Of a stretch of DNA of 64,000 bases, positions 49,536-62,700 are shown one piece after another. This DNA is from Dipteris shenzhenensis (lineage: Eukaryota). Numbering within the stretch: the first letter of the stretch is position 1; each line of letters opens with the position of its first letter. A model generated the notes under the pieces. It saw nothing but the letters and a program-made list of their open reading frames with translations, ran no database searches and was not told where the DNA came from. The stretch lies in NCBI GenBank assembly GCA_047967505.1, contig CM106538.1; one strand, 5' to 3'. Made by a program: the position numbers and the translations under genes.

Positions 49536-49845
49536 GCTCACTATATTGTTGTTTCATTTAAAAGAGGGCTTACTGTTCTATGGTTCCTGCATGTTTGGTC
49601 AACAGAGCAGATGGAGTTATATCTCAAGTTTATGGATCAAAATTCAGACATTTCAATTGGACAGAGGAGCTTTGAGCATTATAAGGCTTGGTACGCTCGG
49701 AAACTCAAACATAGGAATGTTTGTTGTTGCAAAACACCTAACCTGGCCTGACAAGCTATGTTTGTATTGGAGCATTGCTCCATGGGGATATGATGCCCAT
49801 GTCTCCTCGATGAATGCACAATCTGTACCTGGCTCAGCATGTGTT
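48100..49845 (+). pseudogene. Decayed DNA transposase N-terminal exons, tentatively Sola-like; may continue at 63855-64000
   Basis: Exon ending 48437 reads FWHKNMRVSPNLKDI*KKR...FEEHIIHMLDTMQ then GT; after AG at 49610 it reads MELYLKFMDQNSDISIGQRSFEHYKAWYARKLKHRNVCCCK. Superfamily is from memory of the motif only. Confidence 0.5.
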
Positions 49846-50335
49846 GTAAGGGAGTGAGCCCATAGGGACCCTCTCTTTTCCATATGTCCACACCCTCCTT
49901 ATTCCACATGGGAATTCTAGAAGGATTCCTCTTGACTCCACACTCCTCCACATGCCTTCCACACGCTTGGCATGTGGCCTCTCTTATATTATTGGAGCAC
50001 ATGGACATGAGCCCACCTCTTTATATGACTCACTCTTCCTATTTTCTAAAAACCCCATAATATCCCATACACAAATAACTCTCACCCCATACCAAGGTAT
50101 TTATAATTCATACCTATGGTATTTACAATGATCCATTCCACTCATCCTCTCAATCCCATAAATATCTTAGAAAATAGAGATAAGTGAGAGCTGCTAGGCT
50201 ATCACTTAATACTTTAAATCTTATCAAACATAGAAGAAAAAAATACCAATGCCAAATAAAAAATATCAATTTTTGGCATCACATCTTCCCCCCCCCAGCA
50301 TATCCTCTCTAATGACAGAGAGGGTCTACTAGCCC

Positions 50336-53300
50336 TCAAGGTAGTCGAGCATAGAAGAATTTAAGGCAATACTCATTGCATCCAGGTATCATCATGCCAT
50401 CAACATCCTCAAGCTGATAGGTTTCATTCGTGAACTTATTTTTGACTCGATATGGTCCCTCCCATCGGCCGATAAACTTTTTGTCTAGCCGCTTGTCCAA
50501 ATGGCTATCAAATCTCATGACCAAATCTCCTTCTGCAATACCTTTGTTCTTGCGTAATTTGGTGTCAAAACGGGCCTTGCACCTTTTTTGAGAAGCTTCC
50601 AAGTTTTGTAAGGCTTGTAATCTGCATTCATCCAAGGCTTCTAGCTATACCAAGCATTGAGCATAGGCATCCTCCTATCCTTCTATTCTTGTAATAGTAG
50701 TGCGAAGATTATGTATCTCCAATTCAATGGGCAAAATGGCTTCTATACCATACACTAGTTGGAATGGTTTAAACCCAATAGCTAGCTTGTGTGTGGTTCT
50801 GTAAGCCCATAAAACTTATGCCAAGTGCCTATCCCAATGCCTTTTCTTGGTGCCTACAATCTTTTCCATTGAATTGCACAACAATCCATTTGTTTTCTCA
50901 GCCAAGCCATTACATTGGGGATAGTATGGTGTAGACTGCTATGATTTATCTTTAGCTTATGCCCCACATCTTCAATTAGTTCATTTCTAAAAGAGGTTCC
51001 TCCATCAGTGAGAATTTCCAAAGAACAACTAAAGCGTGAACAAATTTAATCAAAGAGAAATTTTGCAGTTGTGCTTGCCTTGCTATTGACTGTGGCCTTG
51101 GACTCTGCCCACCAAGTCGCATAACCTGTGGCCACCAATAAATAATGCTTGCCCTGAGATGAGAGCGAGGGAGTGGTCCCACAAAGTCCAACCCCCACCT
51201 CTCAAATGGTCTATATGCTGGAATAGCCTTCAAGGGCCCAGGAATCAACTCTCACCTTCCAAACTTTTGGCATACTTTACAACTTTGACACCATTAATAT
51301 ACATCCTTATGGAGGCGTGGCCAAAAGTAACCTACATTAAGAATTCTCCTAGCTGTGCTTGCTGAAGCAAAATGACCAGAGCATTCATGACACATTTCCA
51401 GGATTCTCCTAGTCTCCATGGGATGGACCACCTGATAGAGCACCTTGTCTTTTCCCAATTTATAAAGAATGTCATCAACAATAGTATAGGGACAAGCCTT
51501 CCTTACCAATCTTTGCTTCTGTTGTGGAGTTAACCCTCGAGGAAACATGCCTTCTTCCACATATTGTTGAACATATTGCAGTTCTGGCCATCCAGTGTCT
51601 ACCAAAGAAACCACCCCCTGGTCTTGTACTATAATGGCTTGAGTAGCTAGCTCATCTACCCTTTGATTTTCTTTTCTGTTTATATGAACAAACTTGCAAA
51701 AATCAAATTGACTACATAGTGCCATAGCCTTTTGATTAAGCTCCTTCAAATGAGGACTTTTGTCTTGTAATGCCCTTGCATTTGCTTTATAATAATATGA
51801 GAATCTCCTCTTACTTCCAATTCTTTAACTTGACTTTGAAGACAACCCTCCAAACCAAGAATCAAAGCATTATACTCAGCTGCATTGTTAGTTGTGATAC
51901 TTGGAAGCTCTTGTCCTCTTGCCCACACCTCTTGACCTTTAGAATTCATTAAGACTATCCCCCCGGCTCCTTGTTGGCATGAAGGACTAAAAGCCCCATA
52001 AAAATACAAAACAAGAGCTGTTGGTGGTGTATCCCTTTCATCTTTAATGTTCTCCTTACATTTCTTTCCTTCTCCCAGATCCTCTTGTCCTGTGAGCAAA
52101 TCTGCCATAGTGGACCTAGTGGTATTTTTAGTGACAAAAGAGAAAGAGGACTCTTGAAGCTCTGACGACCATTTTGCAAATCTCCCCCCAAGATTAGGCT
52201 TGCAAACTACATATGCTAATATAGACTGAGAGGTAAGGAAGAAAAATGGCCGAGATAATAAATAGGAGTGAAACTTTTTGACTAAAAACACTAAAGAGAG
52301 TGCTTGCTGCTCCATTTCTTCATACCTTGTTTCCACCTCTGTAAGTTGTCGGCTGGCATAATAGATGGCTTGCATTCTTCCTGCCTCTCCTTTTTGTAAC
52401 AATACAACACCAGCTGAATGCAAAGATACACTTGGATTTACATAAACGTCTTGAGACCAATCAGGGGGCTTCAATATTGGGCCCCCTTACTCATGGCCTC
52501 CTTCAGTTGCTAAAAAGACTCTTGTTGCTCCACACCCCATTGGAAAGAAACTCCTTTTCTTGTCAACAATTTCATGGGATGCACTATCTCTGTGAAATCA
52601 TCACAAAAGCATTGATAATATTGATCTTTCCTAGAATTCTATGAACACTAGCGACACTCTCAAGACTTGGCAATGCCATGATTGCTTGAACCTTGTCAGG
52701 ATCCATTTGCGAGCCTTCTTCAAACACAATATGCCCCAACAAGACCACTTTTGTTTGAGCGAAATGGTACTTGCTAGGATTTAGACACCCTTTTGCTTCA
52801 TCAATCCTAGCTAAGGCCATCTTTAACTTCTCCATGTGATCTATGCACCGAGAATAAATGTAAAAATCATCCAAAAACACCCTTATGAACTTTCCCAAGT
52901 AAGGCTCGAGCACTTGACTCATGAACCTTTGAAATGTAGCTGGTCCATTGGTCAACCCAAAAGGCATCACTCTGTAAGCAAAAACTCCCCAAGGTATGAC
53001 AAATGATGTTTTCTTTTGATCTTCCTCTCGAATACAAATTTGAAAGTAGCCAAAATGCCCATCACATACAGAATACATCTCATGCCCTGCTACTTGGTTT
53101 GGCCTTTCATCTTGGAATGGCAAAGGAAAATGATCCCTCTTAATGCATGCATTCAAATGATAAAAGTCCACACAAACCCACCACTTATTTCCTTTCTTTG
53201 GTGTGACAAAACCACAAGAGATATCCATTCTGAATCATCAACAGGAAAGATGAATCCTGCCTCAAGTAGTTGTATTACCTCTTTCTTTAATGCCTCAGCT

Positions 53301-54034
53301 TGGATCACCCCCAATCGCCTTAAGCATTGCACAACTGGCTTGCTTTCTCGCTTTAACTCAATCTTGTGCTCCACAAGAGAGACTGGTTGAACTTGTGAAT
53401 AGCTTGTTATAAAGAGACATGGAAATTCATCTAACATATCAAAGTACTGGAGCTCCTCACTACCTGATAGAGAATAACCAAGAAGCTCTTCATTGTGTTG
53501 GCATCATTTAGTGTGCTCCACATCCTCCACATGAAGTGTCTCTATAGGATCTTCTTGTACCACCACCTTGTTCCCTCCTGACTCATCCCAATCACAACCA
53601 AGACAAAGACCAAAGGCCACTCCTTCCACCTCACTGTCTGAGCTGGACTCCTCGGAGCTACACCCTGTCTCTTCTTCTTCATCAGTTAAGTCAGAGCTTG
53701 AACTCTTTGATGTTGAAGACTCCTCCATGACAACTTCCTTTTTGCAGCTTCTGATGTTGTAGCGCATCTTCTTATCATTTCCCTGCAAAATCAATTCTCC
53801 AGTATCCCACTTTTGAACAGCCTTCACCTTGCATAGCCAAGGCCTTCCCAAAATCAATGGATAGGCACGTGCATCTGGCATGGTAGGGATCACCTGAAAA
53901 GTAGTCGGCACAAAAATTCCACATACATCCACTTCTAGATTCTTCACAACTCCCAAGGTCTTAACCCTAGTGTTGTCAACCAATTTGATGCGATAAGGAG
54001 AGGTAGTACTAGAGTATTTTAAATCAGCATCTAT
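50336..54034 (-). pseudogene. pol: Gypsy pol with an additional archaeal-type RNase H; the protease continues at 60183-60300
   Basis: RT MPFGLTNGPATFQ and FLDD; RH IYYASRQL; aRH TNNAAEYNALILGLE...VRGDS; INT PFERWGLDFVGP and RWEGPY; protease YIDGGESINVM beyond the hAT insertion. Confidence 0.92.
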
Positions 54035-54454
54035 CTAAGTTGCATTGATTCGCTTGAATTCCTTTTTCGATTCAAAAAAATGCGAAAAATTGTGATCTTC
54101 TCGAATTAAAACAAATCCAACAATTTTTCCTAATTTATTCATACGAATAGGTTATTCATACGAATAAACCTTTATTCATACAAATAAACATATTCGTACG
54201 AATAAACGATGTTATTCGTATAAATAAACGTAGTATAAACTTGAAATAATTGTTATTTTTGGTATTTGTACGAATACATCCAGCTGTATTCTTGACCCAC
54301 TTGCTTGCGTGCCTGCCACCTCTTGGTTGCCTACCTGCTACCTCTTGCTTACTTCCATACCTACCAGCTCTCATCATACGTACCTTACTGCACCTTACTT
54401 TTGTTATAATCTTTTGTTAGTAATCAATGTTTCTCTCTCTCTTGTTTTGTTTAA

Positions 54455-55056
54455 GACTGGCACTCATATCTCTTAGGAGAGTTGTGTGTTGCAGTCTTTT
54501 TAAATTGTTTAATATTTATTTTGTATTGTATTTAAGTGTGTAGACAGATCTCTCTTGCAAGAGTTGTGTGTTGCAGTCTATTTTTGTCGTGTGTTGCAAT
54601 TTTAATTATAATATAAATAATTATCTTTTACATGAGACTGGCACTCATCGCTCTTAAGAGAGTTATGTGTTGCAATCTCAGTTTGTATAAAAATGTTTGT
54701 TTGTAGGAACTCTTGGGCTGGCACTCATCTCTCTTAAGAGAGTTGTGTGTTACAGTCCAAGCTTAGTGATGTTTTCATAGATGCTTATTATGGCACTCAT
54801 CTCTCCCTTGAGAGTTGTGTGTTACAGTCTAATTTTAGAGATATTTTCAAGTACTTAGTCTAGCACTCAACTGTCCCTTGATAGTTGTGTGTTGCAGTCT
54901 AAGATAGATATCATGTGACGTTGTCTTAGACACTTAGTCTGGCACTCAATTGTCCCTAGATAGTTGTGTGTTGCAGCCTAAGTTAGAAATCATGTGATGT
55001 GCTTTTAGACACTTAGTCTAGCACTCAACTGTCCCTTGATAGTTGTGTGTTGCAGT
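54455..55056. repeat. Array of about 8 conserved 40-bp hairpin units with variable spacers
   Basis: ctggcactcatctctcttaagagagttgtgtgttgcagt and variants, mostly at 70-80-bp spacing. Confidence 0.88.
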
Positions 55057-55879
55057 TGAATTACATCCACCACAACCACAAGCACCAATGCACCCACGTC
55101 CCCAATCATATGTCGCATTCCACCCAACGCCACCACAAGCACCACTACATAGTATGCCACGCGTATGCACCAGTGCATCCACCACAACATGTCGAACCCT
55201 GTATCCCTTTTTTCCAAGATCTTTCATACCTAGCAGTTCCTCCTCCTTTTTCACATCTCCCACCACATGCACGATCACATTTCACCACATCTTTTGTGCC
55301 TCCATTTGTGCCTCCTATTGCACACATAGACTAGTTTTCATCTCTCGTATTTTTGCATGCACCACAAATGCACAATCTATCTGCACAAGCAGATACATTC
55401 CCATCTCCTTCATTCTCGCCTGGTGGTATAAGTGATTTACGTAGTTTTAAATGGATTAGGTGGACTTGTAAAGTTAATGCAGAAATATTAAAATATATCG
55501 ACGTGAATTAGTGCACATAATAGCTAGATCAACCTTGAGACTTGAAAATATAAACTTCAATTGCACATATTCGATTATTCTTTCCAACTTTCTGATGTTC
55601 CCTTCGATGTTGCCTTGAAAGTATTTGCAAGTCACAAGGTTGCCTCTAACTATTATGTATACCAAAATCATCCACAATCTCAATAATTACAACACAACAT
55701 TGCTTGTAGCCCACAAGATTCTAGATTTCAATACAAAAGGAGACGAGATGGATATGAGCATATGCACTCTCCCATTGCTTGACATATTCTCCCATCCATC
55801 CCCTCGCATACAACATTATATCTGATATAATTAGAGCTTCATTCACTACTTCTATCACCTATCATATTCTTCTATCACT

Positions 55880-57980
55880 CTATATTACATTCAACATAGG
55901 CACAATATCGTCTATCTCTTCGACTTCGCTGTTGTCACTGAGTAGCTCAAGCTCATCTTCCTCTTCACTGAATGCACCCTCAGTAACTAATTCTGTAGTC
56001 AATCGTTGTCCATCAATTCTCATTACAACGGCTTCCCTTGCTACCCTAGACACAACATTAAATCCTTTCAACAATCATAGATTTCCAAAGCAAAATACCA
56101 AATCTGCAACTCTTGATGGCTTTAATTGATTGCATCTCTTAGAATGAATAAAATCGTATGCACTCCAATTTTGCTCACATGCACCCGATGATGCAGCAAC
56201 AGAGAGCACACGAGTTGCAACATGTTGTAACTCCAATGTCTCTCCACCATATTCCTTCCACCAAGTAGGTGCAATAGTCACCTTAATAGCATCAAGATTC
56301 CGAGGATCTCCAAAAGAGCCTTCGTGATTCGTATATCTCACTCATTGCTAGTAGGCCAGTTTTCCTTGATCTCCAGGAAGTAACTTTTTACAAACCTCTC
56401 GAAAGTTACTTATGACTTTAGGATTCTGTGATTGAGCATGCATTTGATATTGTGGATGTACTGCAAATGCAGCTTCATGCAAAGTGGTGTGCATTCGCTT
56501 CCATCTCTTATTGGCCAAATATACCACTTGTTGCTTCTCCATAGGAGCAAAGTGCATAAATTCTTTAACTTGTTGTATTGCTTCTGACATCTTCCAATAC
56601 ACTTTACCCATAACAACTTGCATCAGCATCAACCTTCCCCAATACTGTTACAAATGGTTCTACACCTTTTATTCTTTCAACATTTTTCCAGAATAGAGAT
56701 GATTGTACAAGATGTACACATTTAGGACCTGGTATTGCGTACTACGTCTTTTTCTCTAGCCAATTCCTCCATCGTCTATCAGCAACAATCTCGACTAAAG
56801 CTTGATGCAGTTCCAACAATCTAGCAAGAACTAGAAAAGAAGTGGCAAATCTAGTTTGACAAAATTGCCTAAGTTGCTTCATAGAGTGCTCTCTGAATAC
56901 TGCATGCAAATATTGATGACTCTTTATAAAACTCACTACGACGTTAGCATCTTGCAATACTCGTTGCACAAATGACAATTGTCCAATATCCTTCAACAAT
57001 AAGTTGAGAGTATGAGTGCCACATGGCACCCATGTCAGAGTGGGATACTTTGCCATGACCATCTCACATGTACTCTTGTAATTTGATGCATTATTTGTTA
57101 CTAATGCAGTGACATTCTCATTGCCACCAACTTTGGAGATTGCTCTTTCGTATATTTTTACAATATATGCCAAAGTTTTTTCTTTTAGAGACGTATCAAT
57201 GCTCTCCAAAAACATAGTTCCCTTGGGAGTAATGCACATTACATTTATCAAGGGTCTGGCTTGCTTGCTATTCCATCTATCAAACACAAGAGTGCACCCA
57301 TATATAGGAATAAAGTCCAATATCTTTTTTTTCAAGCAATCTGCCACATTTTTTTTTACTCTATCAAGATGATCGGTACGCATTTTATTATAATCTGGCA
57401 AAATAAATCCTGGTCTAGCACATGATTTCAAGGCATTATGAAACGTGTCATCTCTCATGACATTGAATGGTATACCATTTTTAACAAATGCTTCTGTCCA
57501 TCTTAAGTGCTCTTCATGCACTTGTTGTCGAAGAAATCCGTCCTCCATATAAGATTGTTCTCCCTTTTTTCTCTTCTTTACCTAATAGACATTAGTCGCA
57601 TCAAAACTCACCTGTGACCCGCTTGCTAGCATATCTTCATCACCTTCATGTATGGATACACTCCTTGCATTTATTAGTGCTTCTCCTTCAACCATCTCAT
57701 CAACCTTAGTGCTCGCATCTTGTTGATTTGCACAATTTCTTATTAGGGTCGGATTAACCACTTTCTTCACTTTCTCTAAATACAATTTGTATAACGGAAG
57801 AACATCAGACGGAGTGCATGTGCAAGCTCCAACGTCACTGCCTGTTCCGAGAAAATGCTGTTTAATGCGAGTAGAACCACCTGTGAATTTGTGTCCACAA
57901 TATTTACACTCCAAGAAAGAGACCGAGGCATGTACTTCTCGTATCTCCGTCACATATGACCAAATCTTGCCGTGCACCAT
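55880..57980 (-). pseudogene. hAT transposase (BED finger, DUF659, dimerisation domain)
   Basis: CKYCGHKFTGGSTRIKQH, WVPCGTHTLNLLLKDI, TRFATSF, WWKEYG and SSGACEQNWSAYDFIHSKR; several stops and frameshifts. Confidence 0.93.
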
Positions 57981-58339
57981 GCTTTTGAAGTTGCCAAAAA
58001 CAAAATGCAAAAAAAACTAATTTGAGTATACGATAGAAACATATTGCAATACACATTTTATAAAAAACAACATATATCCTTTGAAAAACATGTTCAAGCA
58101 TGCAATATATTAATTGTCATTCAATCACGCTCTTTTTAAATAATTCACATTCTATTGAAAGAATATTAAATATTCATTCAAAAGAAAGTGTAAGAATGAG
58201 ACAACTCTTCTAATAACTTTTAAAACTTTCAATTCGTACACTTTAAAACTCTTTGTATTCTTTTACATTCTATTGAAAGAATATTACATATTCATTCAAA
58301 GAAAGTGTGAGAATACAAACACAATAAAATCATATTTCT

Positions 58340-59780
58340 CACATGAGGTCTAGGGAACTCAACGAGAAGATCCTAAAACTCTCACATACAAAAATTCACA
58401 CAAGAGATCTAATGAACTCAACAAGGAGATCTTAAAACTTCCACAAATTAATTTGATAATTTCAGACACAAAAACAAGCCCATTTCTCACAAGAGATCTA
58501 AGGAACTCAATAAGGAGATCCTAAACTCCCATATACAAAACTCTATTCACATGAGATCTAAGAAACTCAACAAGAAGATCCTAAAACTCCCACAAACAAA
58601 TTTCATAGACATAAAAACAAGCCCATTTATCACAAGAGATCTAAGGAACTCACCAAAGAGATTCTAGTACTCCCACATACAAAAATCTATTCACATGAGA
58701 TCTAGAAACTCAACAAGGAGATCTTAGAACTCCCACAAACAAATTTCATAGACACAAAAACAAGCCCATTTATCTTAAGAGATCTAACGAACTCACCAAA
58801 GAGATCCTAGAACTCCCACGTATAAAAATCTATTCACATGAGATCTAGAAACTCAACAAGGAGATCTTAGAACTCCCACAAACAAATTTCATAGACACAA
58901 AAACAAGCTCATTTATCACAAGAGATCTACAGAACTCACCAAAGAGATCCTAGAACTCCCATGTACAAAAATCTATTTACATGAGACCTAAGAAACTCAA
59001 TAAGGAGATCTTAGAACTCCCAAAAACAAATTTCATAGACACAAAAACAAGCCCATTTATAACAAGAGGTCTAAGGAACTCACCAAAGAGATCCTAGAAC
59101 TCCCACGTACAAAAATCTATTTACATGAGATCTAAGAAACTCAACAAGGAGATCTTAGAACTCCCACAAATAAATTTCATAGACACAAAAACAAGCCCAT
59201 TTATCACAAGAGATCTAAGGAACTCGCCAAAGAGATCCCAAGGAGATCTTAAAACTCCCACAAAAAATTTCATAGACACAAAAACAAGCCCATTTATCAC
59301 AAGAGATCTAAGGAACTCACCAAAGAGATCCTAGAGTTCACACATACAAAAATCTATTCACATGAGATCTAAGAAACTCAACAAGGAGATCTTAAAACTC
59401 CCACAAACGAATTTCATAGACACAAAAACAAACATATTTCTCATAAGAGATCTAAGGAACTCAACAAGGAGATCCTCAAACTCTCACAAAAAAATTTATC
59501 TCACAAGAGATCTAAGGAACTCAACAAGGAGATTCTAGAACTCCCACAAACAAATTTCAAACACATAAATATCTAAATTATTTTTATCACAAGAGATCGA
59601 AGGAACTCAATAAAGAGAACCTAGAACTCCCACAAACAAATTTCAAACACATAAATATCTAAAATATTTTTATCACAAGAGATTGAAGGTACTCAATAAA
59701 GAGAACATAGAACTCCAACAAACAAAAGAAAAGACCATAACCAAAATGCAAACAAGAGATCTCAGGAATTCAGAATGAGA
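58340..59780. repeat. About 130-bp tandem repeat array, about 10 units with internal sub-repeats
   Basis: cacaaaaacaagcccatttatcacaagagatctaaggaactcaccaaagagatcctagaactcccac recurs; upstream of the hAT transposase. Confidence 0.92.
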
Positions 59781-62700
59781 TTCTAAAGCTCCCTAACAAA
59801 AATCTATCTTATTTTGGACCTTCTAGATTGCTTTCACAACCTTGAGGATCGTTCTCCTTCTTTTCCTTTTTAGATCTCTTATGCTTGACTGAGGAACCAA
59901 GCATGAGATAAGAAAAATTGGCAAACAATGAGATTATATGCAAAATCAAAGGAACGTATTCATCCTAATACAAGTTTATTCATACAATTACTTTATTCGT
60001 ACGAATACTTATTTGTACGAATAAAAGTTATTCATACAAATATGTTGATGACATGGCAATTTATATAAAAAACGTGACGTGTCACCGTTTTTTTAATCGA
60101 TTTTTCTTCCATTCGAATCATTCGAGCGATTTTCTCGATTTTTTCGAATCACGAATTCGAATTTTTCTACTTAGGCATCTATCATGGTCTTCTCACTCAT
60201 GACGTTAATCGATTCACCTCCATCAATGTAAACATTAGAAATCACTTGACCATCAATGATCACATCAACCACAGGTACAGCATCACCAACATCTATATCT
60301 ACCTTTTTACAATAGCAATGGCACTTTTCTTCTTTGACACTCTTCTACTTACTAGTTTTCCCCATTCCTTCCATAGTTTTAGATGCGTCAATTTTACGAG
60401 CAAAAACCTATGAGTAGGTTTATACGAGCGTGTTTTTCAAGAGATTTTAAAAATAGTATTTCTTTAGGAAACATGGTTTTTACACTTTTATTTTCATTAG
60501 AACTAGATCCCTTTATCATAAAATTATATAGACTAGTCATTCATTCATTTTTACATAACATAAATCTTCTTATTCATAGACATCCCTTTGTACCCTAGTT
60601 ATTACCTTAAAAAAATATTGAAAAATAATTCATTTAAGAAACGTCCCTCATAATCACTCTCAATAAAATAATATTATGCATAAAAATTTACTTATTAAAC
60701 ACAATTATATCATATGGCAATATCTTTCAAGTGTTTTTATAGTATTAATAACAAGATATTTATGGACATGTTTCTACAGAAGTTTAAATTACTATAAATA
60801 AGTATTAACTTAGGCTTATATATCACTCTCATAAAATACATGTAATATTTAATACTATATATGCAAGGTTTTCCAAAATATAACCCCATAGATGTGCTCA
60901 AATAGGGTTTTCCGATCAATTTGAGTGGTTGAATGACTATATTTGGACATTGGATGTGAAAGTTATGTCACTTTTAAAAGTGTTGTCCAAGGTAGTTTCG
61001 CCAGTGAAACTACCCTGAAAGACCTTGTTCAAAGGGGTTTCGCTGCCGAAACTACCTTGATGGCTTGCTTCAATGACTTTTCTTTGGAGAAACCCTTTCA
61101 TGAAGATAGGTTGAGAGAGGTTTTTCAATGTCACCCCCTATTAAGTAAAAAGTTGTAAGAAGGATCATAAGGGAATTCTCATAGAGAAGTCTACTCTACA
61201 TGTGGGTTTCTTCAAAAGCCATCCCATTATGTTCTCACCATTCCCAAAGATTCACATAAATATTCGTGTATAAAATAGGCATTCCTATAATACTTTTCAT
61301 ATTTCTCAGTGAAACTATGTTTTCTTTTGATCCATTTTTGTCATATTTTTGCATAGTTGGAAGCTTTTTTTTTCCTTCGCTCGAATGCTCAGAAGATTTT
61401 GCTCGGAAAATGCTCATTCCTTGTAGTTTTGGAGACAAAGAAAGTAATTGCCAAAGGTGATATGAGCTTCCTTTTGTGTATACATGCATTCAAGAATCAC
61501 CCTTCTCACAATTGGAAGTGCACATAACAGCTTCAAGATATTGTACTCTTCATCATTTGCATAGTAAAGGAAGTTAAAAGCATTGAGAATCACCACTCCA
61601 TTGTTATAGTTAAAAACTACCCAAAGACAACTCTTCACACCAAGCTGCTAGTGCATGAAACAATCCCCAATCTATCATTGTGCCTGCTGCAGGCATTGTC
61701 GATTCACCAACATATTCAAGAGTGCAAACATAAAGGATATGATCATAATGACTGTGCGAATAGCTTGAGCATCACCTTCACAATCTTCTAGTTCTCTTAA
61801 ACGGGCTACAATCTCATCTAACAAAGTTCTTCCAGGCATCACATCAAAAAACACATGCCTATACTAGGTGTAACATGCAATCAAGTACACCCGAGACTGC
61901 CGTTTAGTAAGGTGGGATGAATCCAATACCAAACGTACCCGGCGTCTCCACCAAAATATGTGACATGAAAATGGGGGTAATAAACTTCATGCACCTCTTC
62001 ACTTCCTACTGCTTTTGAACTGAGTGACAAAGATATTTATCATTGAGAAAGGGACATTAAAAAGCAGCTTTTATGCCCAGATACCACACCATACTTTCCT
62101 CACTTAGATGAGAATGAAGATGGTAACATCCCAAGTGATGTTGTACTCAAGCATAGGGAGAAGGAAAGGATCAGCAAAGGCCATAATCTCAGCACGCCAG
62201 TCTGCGCCAAAGAGAAGAGTGATACGTTGTTGAAAGAAGATCTTGCGACTCAACATGACAAGAACTGATATATATCGAGGAGCTTGAATGGGCTAATTGG
62301 GTCAGATGGGTAGGTTCCAAGGAAACATTGCACCTCCTTCATAGATACCTTTACACTTAGCTCAAAACAATCTGCAAACTGTCATTAGACATAGAGACCC
62401 ATAACATCCAGTAGAGACATGATACCAAAGATTCAAATACATATAGAGATGCGCCTTGAGATGGGCTTTCTGCTTCTATAAGATTCGTAAGAAAAAAAGA
62501 AGCAGCCAGAAAGTCATGGGTGGTTTACTAGACAAGGGTAAAAACTATCATGAAAATAGACTGTCAAACACAGAGACTCATAACTTTTGTTGCTATATCT
62601 TATTCAAGATCTAATAACAAAAGACATGCGTCTTGAAGAGAGCTTCGCGCTGATATAAGTTTTCTAAAAATCGGACTAACGAGCAAAAAGTTATAAGCAA

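Larger units (their letters stand above)
54035..60174 (-). mobile_element. hAT DNA transposon inserted in the gypsy protease
   Basis: 8-bp TSD GCATCTAT at 54027-54034 and 60175-60182; short TIRs CTAAGT...ACTTAG; attcRtacgaata subterminal repeats at both ends. Confidence 0.95.

Noticed and set aside
54455-55056. CRISPR array
   Set aside because: Eukaryotic TE context, no cas genes, degenerate repeats, and the last spacers are related to each other.
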